A stretch of DNA of 64,000 nt, from positions 253,027 to 317,026 of the forward strand of contig DASCPX010000129.1 in NCBI GenBank assembly GCA_036012755.1, read 5' to 3'. The stretch comes from Myxococcota bacterium. GTDB taxonomy: Bacteria > Myxococcota_A > UBA796 > CAJQPC01. Position 1 is the stretch's first letter, and each line of letters begins with the position of its first letter. Positions 10,012 through 18,041 of this stretch are shown here, in pieces. Under the pieces are notes generated by a model. That model saw only the letters and a list, made by a program, of their open reading frames with translations, did not search any database and had not been told where the DNA came from. The translations under genes and the position numbers were made by a program.

Positions 10012-10317
10012 ATGGACATGAATCAGCTCGGCTTGATGGCCGCGCAGCTCCAGCAGGGCATCCAGAGAGCCAAGGAAGAGGCGGCGAAGGCCGAGGTGCA
10101 GGGCCAGGCTGGTGGGGGCCTCGTCGAGGTCGTCGCCACCGGCGACCAGCGCATCGTGAGCGTGCGCATCTCCGAGGCCGCCTACGAGGATCGCGAGATG
10201 CTCGAAGACCTCGTCACCGCCGCGGTGAACGACGCGGTGCGGAAGAGCCAGGAGCTCGTCGCGGCCAAGCTGAAGGAGGCAACCGGCGGCCTCCCGCTGC
10301 CTCCGGGTCTGCTGTAG
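10012..10317 (+). CDS. ybaB: YbaB/EbfC nucleoid-associated protein
   Basis: GQAGGGLVEV...EMLEDLVTAAVNDA; lies between dnaX and recR. Confidence 0.95.
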   Translation: MDMNQLGLMAAQLQQGIQRAKEEAAKAEVQGQAGGGLVEVVATGDQRIVSVRISEAAYEDREMLEDLVTAAVNDAVRKSQELVAAKLKEATGGLPLPPGLL

Positions 10318-10899
10318 GTGGACCCCATCCGGCGGTGCGTCCAGCAGCTCTCCCGCCTCCCCGGCATCGGTGAGAAGACGGCCTGGCGCTTGACGTGGTG
10401 GTTGCTGCGCGCTGACCGGGCGCTTGTCGAGGACCTCGCACGCGCCCTGTCCGAGCTCCGCGACAACGTCGTGGAGTGCGAGCTGTGCTGCACGATCGCG
10501 GCCTCGTCGCCCTGCTCCACCTGCGCCGACTCACGCCGGGACCCCGCGCTGCTCTGCGTCGTCGAGCGCCCACAGGACGTCACCGCCATCGAGGGCAGCG
10601 GCGAGTTCCGCGGGCAGTTCCACGTGCTCCACGGGGCGATCTCCCCCTTGGACGGAGTCGGCCCCGACCAGCTCCGGATCCGGGAGCTGCTCGCCCGGCT
10701 CGAGGGGGTGCGCGAGGTCATCCTCGCCACCGATCCGGATGTCGAAGGAGACGCCACCGCGCTGTATCTCGCCAGGATGTTGAAGCCCCTCGGACCGATG
10801 GTCTCGCGTCTCGCTTTTGGGATCAGCGTCGGCACCGAGATCGAGTACGCCGATCGGGTCTCGCTGATGCGCGCGCTGGAGAACAGGAGGGCCCTCTGA
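10318..10899 (+). CDS. recR: Recombination mediator RecR
   Basis: LPGIGEKTA HhH, C4 Zn finger, TOPRIM EVILATDPDVEGDATA. Confidence 0.97.
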   Translation: MDPIRRCVQQLSRLPGIGEKTAWRLTWWLLRADRALVEDLARALSELRDNVVECELCCTIAASSPCSTCADSRRDPALLCVVERPQDVTAIEGSGEFRGQFHVLHGAISPLDGVGPDQLRIRELLARLEGVREVILATDPDVEGDATALYLARMLKPLGPMVSRLAFGISVGTEIEYADRVSLMRALENRRAL

Positions 10900-11243
10900 G
10901 GGTCCATCACGTCGCCCTCACCACCACTGATGTCGAGGGCATCGCGGCCTTCTACCGGGACGTGCTCGGGCTGGAGGAGCAGACCCGGCACCACGACGAG
11001 GCGGGTCTTCGCAGCGTCTGGCTGAGGCTGGACGGCTCCACCCTGATGATCGAGCGAGGAGCGTCCGGTTCGGGCGGATGGCACCTCCTCGCGCTCGAGA
11101 TCGACCCCAGATCGCGGGAGAGCTGGCGTGTAAGGCTCGTGGAAGCGAGCGCCTACACGCACCACAGCGCCTACACCATCTACGGAAGAGACCCGGACGA
11201 CAACCCCTTCGGGCTGAGCCACTTCCCCGAGCGTGGTGGATAA
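10896..11243 (+). CDS. VOC/glyoxalase family protein (probable CTG start)
   Basis: RVHHVAL...AFYRDVLGL, WHLLAL, YGRDPDDN; AGGAGG at 10885-10890; CTG overlaps the recR TGA. Confidence 0.85.
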   Translation: MRVHHVALTTTDVEGIAAFYRDVLGLEEQTRHHDEAGLRSVWLRLDGSTLMIERGASGSGGWHLLALEIDPRSRESWRVRLVEASAYTHHSAYTIYGRDPDDNPFGLSHFPERGG

Positions 11244-11273
11244 TCCCCCTCTTCTGCACTCCAGCGGGGGTCC

Positions 11274-14200
11274 ATGAAGGACGTCTCGATTCCCATCCCG
11301 GAGCAGATCGGTCCATACCGGGTGCTCCGACCTCTCGCCCAGGGCGGGATGGCTGCGGTCTTCGAGGTCGAGGACCCCAACACGCGCGAGCACCTCGCGC
11401 TGAAGCTGCTCACACACCGCGGCCTCGCGATGCCGCGCTTTGCACGCGAGTTCCGCGCCCTGACCCGGCTGGATCATCCGAACATCGTCCGGGTCTACCG
11501 CTTCGGTGTCCACGACGGCGCGCCCTACCTGACGATGGAGCTGTTGGACGGCGTGCCCGTGCAGGCCTACGCGAAGTCGGTCAGCCGGCCTGGCAAGCCG
11601 GTTCGGACCCGCGAGGTGCTCCGCATCATCGCTTGCGTGGCAGACGCGCTGGACTACCTGCACCAGCGCGGCATCGTCCACCGGGATCTGAAGTCCGCGA
11701 ACATCCTGGTGCTGCACGACCGGAGGGTGAAGCTGCTCGACTTCGGCACCGCCCGCATCATCACCAACAGCGACCACATCACGCGGCACGGCGAGTTCGT
11801 CGGCACCTTCGCCTATGCCTCGCCCGAGCAGATCACCGGTGGCACGGTCGACTCGCGCTCGGACCTCTACTCGATGGGGGCCCTGCTCTACCGACTGTGC
11901 ACCGGCAAGCGGGTGTTCGAGGCGGACACCCCCCACAAGCTGGCGCGCATGCACGTCGAGATCTCCCCGCGTCCGCCTCGGCAGCTCGTGCCCGCCTTGC
12001 CCGAGCCCGTAGAGCAGCTGATCCTGCGGCTGCTGGAGAAGGACCCGGCGAAGCGACCTCCTTCGGCTCGCGCGGTGAGCGACGCAATCCGCGGGCGTCA
12101 CGGCGCCCTCGGGGTCGACCGCGGCGGGCTCGTGCTGGGCAGCCCTTCTCGCCTGGCCGGGCGCGAGGCCGAGCTCGCGGCCATCCGGAGCACGCTGGAG
12201 AAGGGCAAGCCGGCTCGCACGGTGCTCGTCACGGGACCGCCGGGCTCCGGGCGCGGCCGTCTGCTGCGCTCGGCGGTGGCGGAGGCTCGAAAGAAGGGCT
12301 GGCGGGTCTTCGACGGAGGCTTCGCGGGCCTGCCCGGCCTCGGGGTGCTCAGCGAGCTCATCACGAAGTGCTGGCAGTCCCTTCCCCCGGCTGATCGGCT
12401 CGATCTGGACGAAGAGATCACCTGGATCCGCGCAGCCAACGAAAAGGCCCTGTCCGGCGATCTCGACCCCACTCGGCGCGCCGAAGTCGTCCGGTCCATC
12501 GCAGTGGTCCTGCGGGCCCGCTCGATGCGCGACGAGGCCCCGGTCTGCATGGCGCTGTTCGACCTCCATCGCTCCTCTCCCGTCGCCCTCGATGTGCTGG
12601 CGAGCGTTCGGCAGCGCCTCCGCGAGGAGATCGTCCCCGTCGTCTTCCTGTGCTCCTCGACCGACGACAGCGAGGGGCCCGGAGCCGTCATCAAGCAGCG
12701 GCTCCCTGATGCCTGGCGCCTTCGGCTCAAGCCGCTGTCGGTGCGAGAGGTCCAGGAGATGGTCCACCAGATGCTGGGTGGGACCACACCCCCTCCGGAG
12801 CTCGTCTCGAAGCTCCACGAGGTCACGGGCGGACTCCCCGGCTACGTCGAGGAGGTCATGCGGGCCATGGTGCAAGCCGGCCTGATCACGGCCCACCAGG
12901 AGGGGGCGACGCTCACCTGGCTCGACCGGAGCGGGGGTCGCGTCACCATCCCCGGCAGCGCCAGGGAGGCGATCACCTTCCGCCTGGACGGCATCGACAA
13001 GGTGGGGACCCGGGTGCTGGAGGCCCTGGCCGTCGCTGGAGGGACCGCGACGGCAGAGGTCCTCGCCCATGCTCTCGACACGGATCTGGAGGGCATCGTT
13101 CGCAAGCTGGACGGCCTGGTGCTTCGCGGGGTGATCCGCAGCGCGGAGGAGAGCGGCGAGGAGCTCTGGCGCTTCCGCCTCGGCATGACGCGGGACCTCG
13201 TGCTGGAGCGCTTGCGTCCCTCGCGGCGCAGCGTGATGCGGCGGAGGATGGCGGACGTGGTCTCCGGACAGCCCCCCAGCGCGAACAAGATCCTGCTCCT
13301 CGCCGCCGCCGAGCGGGCCGACGAAGCGCTCAGCGACTGTGTTTCATGGGGCCTGCCGCTGTTGGAGTGGAACCGCTGCCTGGAGCTCCTCCCGGTGCTC
13401 GAAGCAGTCGAGCGGATCGTCCCTGCGGCTCACGGCATCAGCCCGGTCCAGCTGGCCAAGTTCTACCTGCTTTTCGGGCGCTGTCTCCAGGTCGTTCGAC
13501 CGGGCGACTCCCGCATGGAGGATTACTTCAAGAAGGCGGGCTCGCTCTCGAACCAGCCCCAGATCCGAGGCGAGGTCGATCTCTATTACGCACGGACCCT
13601 GGTCGATCGCGGGGATCTGGAGGCCGCCCGGATGCGTCTCGACCGGGCTCACGCGGCCCTCCCGGCGGGCGCCAGGCCTCGGGTCCGGAGCCGAATCAGC
13701 CGGGATCTGGGTCGACTGCGGTGGCTCCAGGGTGGCTTCGACGACGCCGAGCGCTGGTTCGACGAGGCCCTCGACGCTGCTCGCCGTGACGGGGACGACC
13801 GAGAGGTCGCGCGCTGTCTGGTCTCGCGGGGAGCGACCTCTCAGGCCAGCGGGCACATGCGGCGCAGCGAGACCCAGCTGCGCGAGGCGATTCGGCTCTA
13901 CGAGACCTGTGGGGACCGCGACGGCGCCTGGGACGCCCAGGCGAATCTGTGCGAGATCCTGCGCCTGTCCTGCCGCTTCTCAGAGGCCCTCGAGATGCTG
14001 GAGGCGGAGCTTCGCGTGGCCCACGCCACCGGGGCGCTCCATCGCTACGCGGTGATGGTCATCAACGTCGCCGAGATCGAGATCGAGATGCTGCGGCTGG
14101 GGCGGGCCCGCGAGCGGCTGAGCGCCCTGCAGGCGGAGCTCGAGCCCGGGACTCACATCCACCTCCAGGCGGCGAGCGCGGTGGCTCGTGGGCGCATCGC

Positions 14201-14729
14201 GATCGCCAGCGGCGAGCACCGGAGCGTCGGACCGCTGCTGGCACCGGTGGTCGAGCTCTGCGAGCAGCGGGGGATCCGCGTGGCGCCGGACCTGATGCGG
14301 GCCTACATGGCCGAGGCTCTCGTGCTCTGCGGTCGAGAGACGGAAGGCGTGGAGCTCTTCGACGAGGCGCTCTCACATCTGCGACGCGACCGGCACGTGC
14401 CCTCCCTCGGCGAGGCCTGCGTCGCGCGCGCCCGGGCCTTCATGGGGCGCGAAGACCCCGAGGTGGCCTTCAAGCCCGTCCTCCGCTGGCTGGGCAAGGA
14501 GCCCGCCGTGTTGATTCGCATGGAGTACCTGCTCGCGGCGGTGCGACACGCGGTGCTGATCGGCAACAGGGAGCGCGCCACGGCCTACCTGCTCGCGACG
14601 CGCGAGCTCCTGGGCGACGTCCGCGGCAACCTCTCCCGGGCCGACCGGGAGACCCTGCGGGTCCACCCGTGGAACCTCTTCGTGAGGCGCGGGCTCAACC
14701 GGTCGGTCGCTGCGAAGCCGGTCCCTTGA
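11274..14729 (+). CDS. Ser/Thr kinase - AAA/STAND-like ATPase - TPR protein
   Basis: LAQGGMAAVF, LALK, HRDLKSAN, DFG; LAGREAEL and GPPGSGRGR P-loop, TGGLP motif; C-terminal helical repeats. Confidence 0.9.
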   Translation: MKDVSIPIPEQIGPYRVLRPLAQGGMAAVFEVEDPNTREHLALKLLTHRGLAMPRFAREFRALTRLDHPNIVRVYRFGVHDGAPYLTMELLDGVPVQAYAKSVSRPGKPVRTREVLRIIACVADALDYLHQRGIVHRDLKSANILVLHDRRVKLLDFGTARIITNSDHITRHGEFVGTFAYASPEQITGGTVDSRSDLYSMGALLYRLCTGKRVFEADTPHKLARMHVEISPRPPRQLVPALPEPVEQLILRLLEKDPAKRPPSARAVSDAIRGRHGALGVDRGGLVLGSPSRLAGREAELAAIRSTLEKGKPARTVLVTGPPGSGRGRLLRSAVAEARKKGWRVFDGGFAGLPGLGVLSELITKCWQSLPPADRLDLDEEITWIRAANEKALSGDLDPTRRAEVVRSIAVVLRARSMRDEAPVCMALFDLHRSSPVALDVLASVRQRLREEIVPVVFLCSSTDDSEGPGAVIKQRLPDAWRLRLKPLSVREVQEMVHQMLGGTTPPPELVSKLHEVTGGLPGYVEEVMRAMVQAGLITAHQEGATLTWLDRSGGRVTIPGSAREAITFRLDGIDKVGTRVLEALAVAGGTATAEVLAHALDTDLEGIVRKLDGLVLRGVIRSAEESGEELWRFRLGMTRDLVLERLRPSRRSVMRRRMADVVSGQPPSANKILLLAAAERADEALSDCVSWGLPLLEWNRCLELLPVLEAVERIVPAAHGISPVQLAKFYLLFGRCLQVVRPGDSRMEDYFKKAGSLSNQPQIRGEVDLYYARTLVDRGDLEAARMRLDRAHAALPAGARPRVRSRISRDLGRLRWLQGGFDDAERWFDEALDAARRDGDDREVARCLVSRGATSQASGHMRRSETQLREAIRLYETCGDRDGAWDAQANLCEILRLSCRFSEALEMLEAELRVAHATGALHRYAVMVINVAEIEIEMLRLGRARERLSALQAELEPGTHIHLQAASAVARGRIAIASGEHRSVGPLLAPVVELCEQRGIRVAPDLMRAYMAEALVLCGRETEGVELFDEALSHLRRDRHVPSLGEACVARARAFMGREDPEVAFKPVLRWLGKEPAVLIRMEYLLAAVRHAVLIGNRERATAYLLATRELLGDVRGNLSRADRETLRVHPWNLFVRRGLNRSVAAKPVP

Positions 14730-15567
14730 ACACCAGCGCCCCCCCCGCGCCGATGACGAGCACGCCGCCGACGAGGACCTCCCAGCCGGGCACGATCGCG
14801 AAGATGGCCACATCGACCAGCGCCGCCCACAGCGGTGAGGTGTAGCTGGTGGCGGCGACCAGCGAGGCCTTCTCCGCTCTGTAGGCCGCGGTCATGGCCA
14901 CCTGGCCGATGGTGGCGAAGAAGCCGACCCCGCCGATGGCGAGCCAGTACTCGGCAGGAGGGACGCGCCAGGACCCTGTAGCGGCGAGAAACGCACCGGC
15001 GAGGACGAAGACCCCCAGCTGGAACCAGAACACGATGGTGGCGGGAGTGTCCGTCCGTCCCAGCCTCCTGAGCGCCATGTGAGCGCCGGTGCTGAACACG
15101 GCAGCGCCGAGGGCCCAGAGCGCGTACACGCCCCCTTCGGAGAGCCCGCCTTCGAACTCGGGCCAGATCAGCAGCCCGCAGCCGGCGAGGCCGCAGGCCA
15201 TCACCCCCCACACGAGCTTGCCGGAGCGTTCACCCAGGAAGATCGGCGCGAAGATCGCGACGAGGCTCGGCTGGAGCCGGGAGATCAGCGCCAGGTTCGC
15301 CAGCGGCAGCCCCTTCGCGGCGGTGAAGAAGCAGACCATCGCGGTCAGTCCGAGCACCAGCCTCAGGCCGAAGACCCGGCGGTTCTGCAGACGGAGCCCC
15401 CCGCGCCAGGCCAGGGCCAGGGCCAGGGGCACGGCCACGACGCAGCGCCAGTGGATGATCTCGAGCGCGTCGAGTTCCTCTCGGCAGATCTTCACCAACG
15501 TGACCATGACGGTGAAGGCAATGGAGCTGCCGACGCCGAGGAGCGCGCCGATGCGGATCCGGCTCAC
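14695..15567 (-). CDS. DMT/EamA family transporter
   Basis: About 10 hydrophobic segments; LFLGE-like IFLGER and AYRAEKASLVA motifs. Confidence 0.88.
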   Translation of the reverse strand: MSRIRIGALLGVGSSIAFTVMVTLVKICREELDALEIIHWRCVVAVPLALALAWRGGLRLQNRRVFGLRLVLGLTAMVCFFTAAKGLPLANLALISRLQPSLVAIFAPIFLGERSGKLVWGVMACGLAGCGLLIWPEFEGGLSEGGVYALWALGAAVFSTGAHMALRRLGRTDTPATIVFWFQLGVFVLAGAFLAATGSWRVPPAEYWLAIGGVGFFATIGQVAMTAAYRAEKASLVAATSYTSPLWAALVDVAIFAIVPGWEVLVGGVLVIGAGGALVFKGPASQRPTG

Positions 15568-15848
15568 TGGAGGTGGGCCGCGTCCACCCTGCGAGCACAG
15601 AGCTCGGCGTGGTCCCCGTCGAGGAGCCCGCAGAGCTCCCGGAGCTTCGCGCGATCCGCGTCCCGGTGGTCCTCGACCCAGGACAGCACCGCGGCGTGCC
15701 TCACGATGCGGTCCTCCAGCTGCCTGGCGAGCGCCGTGGCGAGGTCGACGTCGCCCTCCTCCGACATCCTCTCGGCGAGGCAGGTGTCCCGCTCCAGGCC
15801 GAGCCGCTCCTCGCAGGGGAGCGTGCAGGCGAGCAACAGAGTGATCAG
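15564..15848 (-). CDS. Small Cys-containing hypothetical lipoprotein (CTG 15848 or TTG 15836 start)
   Basis: (M)ITLLLAC lipobox; coupled to flanking genes at both ends. Confidence 0.6.
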   Translation of the reverse strand: MITLLLACTLPCEERLGLERDTCLAERMSEEGDVDLATALARQLEDRIVRHAAVLSWVEDHRDADRAKLRELCGLLDGDHAELCARRVDAAHLQ

Positions 15849-17182
15849 AGGAGGAACCCGCGGGTCCCCGGGGGCAGCTCCTCGCGCAGGCGCTCGATGG
15901 GATCGAGGCCGACCTCGCCAGGGCTGGTCAACAGCGCCTCGTCGGCGATCACCAGGCTCAGCATGCGCAAGCGGTGGGTTCGGCGGAGGTCGGCGAGGGC
16001 CTCTGCGAGGTCGAGCACGTCATGAGAGGTCGCCCTCAGCACCGGACCGGGCTCACCCTCTGGGAGCACCACGTCTGCCGGCGCGACGACCACGACCGGT
16101 CCATGGCGCGAGCGAGTGAGGATCAGCGGCCCGAGCTCGTCTTCGAGGCGCTCCAGCGAGCTGCCCTCGGGTGCGTGGGCCCACTCGAGGGCGCCGGGCA
16201 GTCCAGCGCGCATGCGGCGTCCCAGCCAGACACCGCCTGCGAGGGTGAGCACCGCGAGCAGGAGCGACCACCAGGAGGCCCCACCCGGTGGACGACCCTG
16301 GGGTGCGCCTCCTCGAGGCTGGTCGGGCTGCGAGCCCTGTGGAGCCTCCATCTGCGGCAATGAGGGGCCCTGTGGAGCCTCCATCTGCGGCCTCTCCATC
16401 TGCGGCAATGCGGGGCCCTGTGGAGCCTCCATCTGCGGCCTCTCCATCTGCGGCAATGGGACAGGCGCCGGCTCCAGCCCGGGCTCCGGGACGTCCTCTT
16501 GCGGCGCTGCCGCTGACAGGTCGAGCCGCGGCGGGAGGAGGGGCCAATCGGTGGCCTCGAGGCTGCCGTGGTCGTAGCGAGCCATCACCACGCCGGCACC
16601 ACGGTCGAAGGCGATGCTCAGGTCGATCTGTCCTGTGTGGGTGCGGATCTGGACGGAGAGATCGGTGCCCGGGGCCACACCCCCGCAGGTGGCGATGTCG
16701 TCGTTCAGCACCCGGTCGGGGAACTCGCCGTTGTCCTGGCAGCCCAACTGGGCCTGCCCCTCCCCCTGGAGCAGGACGACCGGCGCCTGGCTCAGGGGAC
16801 CGGCGTCGATCTCGATGATCACCGCCTGTCGGGGTTGCCTCGGCGTCGTGGGGTCGCGCGCCTCGGGGCGCCCCTTTGTGACGATGAGGTCGTCGCCGCC
16901 GAGGCTCAAGGTGATGTCGCCGTCCGGGAGCTCGCCGTGAGCGCTCGAGTAGATCGAGTCTCCGTCGACGAGCAGGGCCACTCGCAGCTCTCCCTGACCT
17001 GGAATGTCGCTGCAGGCCCAGACGCCGTCCCCGGGCTCCGCGTCCTGGCCCTGACCGTCATCGGCGCAGAGGCCGAGGTGCTCGCCTTCTTTGTCCTCGA
17101 TGACGACGACGACGCTGGTGGCGTCGAGGTCCTCGACCCAGACACCTGCACCCGCGATCGGAACGAGGAGCAGCGACAGCAA
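15845..17182 (-). CDS. Secreted/membrane-anchored protein with two DDG-type (choice-of-anchor-X-like) motifs and a Pro/Gln repeat stalk
   Basis: CADDGQGQDAEPGDGVW and CQDNGEFPDRVLNDDI; PQMERPQMEAPQG repeats; TM segment WWSLLLAVLTLAGGVWLGRR; start uncertain (TTG 17182 favoured). Confidence 0.6.
   Translation of the reverse strand: MLSLLLVPIAGAGVWVEDLDATSVVVVIEDKEGEHLGLCADDGQGQDAEPGDGVWACSDIPGQGELRVALLVDGDSIYSSAHGELPDGDITLSLGGDDLIVTKGRPEARDPTTPRQPRQAVIIEIDAGPLSQAPVVLLQGEGQAQLGCQDNGEFPDRVLNDDIATCGGVAPGTDLSVQIRTHTGQIDLSIAFDRGAGVVMARYDHGSLEATDWPLLPPRLDLSAAAPQEDVPEPGLEPAPVPLPQMERPQMEAPQGPALPQMERPQMEAPQGPSLPQMEAPQGSQPDQPRGGAPQGRPPGGASWWSLLLAVLTLAGGVWLGRRMRAGLPGALEWAHAPEGSSLERLEDELGPLILTRSRHGPVVVVAPADVVLPEGEPGPVLRATSHDVLDLAEALADLRRTHRLRMLSLVIADEALLTSPGEVGLDPIERLREELPPGTRGFLL
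16334..16458. repeat. Coding tandem repeat (48/33/15-bp nested units)
   Basis: GCCCTGTGGAGCCTCCATCTGCGGC three times; core CTCCATCTGCGGC five times. Confidence 0.9.
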
Positions 17183-17204
17183 GGTGCTAGGATAGCCCGC
17201 CGCC
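17183..17204. promoter_or_regulatory. Putative bidirectional promoter with overlapping -10 boxes
   Basis: TGcTAGGAT (+, 17185-17193) and TATCCT (-, 17194-17189) in a 22-bp gap between divergent starts. Confidence 0.5.
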
Positions 17205-18041
17205 GTGCTCATCCTGCTGCTCCCCATCGCCTGCGATGCCGATCTGCCGGTGGCCGAGACGGATCCGACACCGCTGGAGATCTCGGAGACCAGCACGCTG
17301 GTCCAGGCGCTCTATGCCGGGGAGACCGTCCCGAACCCGCAGGGGGACCGGCTTCGGCTGATGGCGTGGCTGGCCTCGCTGGAGGCCACGGACCAGGAGC
17401 TCGGTGCCATCCGCGAAGCCGCCGTGCGGGTCTCTGACCAGAAGCGCCGCTACCGCCTGGATCTCGAGGCCGCTGGCGTGGAGGAGGCGGCGGCGCTCGC
17501 CGAGGTCTATGGCGAGCTGGAAGAGCGCCTGGTCGACGGGCTCGACGAAGAGGAGGCCGCCGCCTTCGCCGTGCGGGTGGAGGAGGCCCGTGGAGGCCTG
17601 ACAGACGCGCGGGCGCTCCACGTCGCTTACGTCGAAGAGGTCCTCGCAGAGGGCAGGAAGGTGGCTTCGATGCTCGGGCCTGCGCGCACCCAGGCGATGG
17701 CGAACGCGCTCTTCGTCTTGCGCTCGGAGCTCGGCGAGGGAGTCCGCCCTGCCTTGTACTCGGACCTCGTCGGCCGCCCGTGGAGGGCCGGGGACTTCGC
17801 GACCCTGAAGCGCTCGGAGCTCGACGAGGACGCCTCTCAGCTGGATCCGGGCGGGATCTTCACGCTGGACGCCGGAGCCACACAGGTCAACGCGGGTCTG
17901 GACTCCACTCGGACCGCCGTGCTGGTGGCCATGGTGCTCGAAGACCCCGAGCTGGTCTCGGCCATCGACCGCATGCTGGGCGTCGTGCCCGAGCCCGCCG
18001 AGGCCGTCGAGGTCGTCGAGCCGGAGGAGCTCGAGGAGTGA
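17205..18041 (+). CDS. Hypothetical acidic helical lipoprotein
   Basis: MLILLLPIAC lipobox; typical codon bias; coupled to the next gene. Confidence 0.7.
   Translation: MLILLLPIACDADLPVAETDPTPLEISETSTLVQALYAGETVPNPQGDRLRLMAWLASLEATDQELGAIREAAVRVSDQKRRYRLDLEAAGVEEAAALAEVYGELEERLVDGLDEEEAAAFAVRVEEARGGLTDARALHVAYVEEVLAEGRKVASMLGPARTQAMANALFVLRSELGEGVRPALYSDLVGRPWRAGDFATLKRSELDEDASQLDPGGIFTLDAGATQVNAGLDSTRTAVLVAMVLEDPELVSAIDRMLGVVPEPAEAVEVVEPEELEE

Noticed and set aside
10182..13070. Long antisense or alternate-frame ORFs (also 8274..10019, 33755..36574, 59232..61601 and many others)
   Set aside because: Shadow ORFs typical of very high GC DNA; they overlap motif-supported genes and show no motifs
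16334..16458. Possible CRISPR array
   Set aside because: Repeats are in-frame coding units without unique spacers, and no cas genes are present
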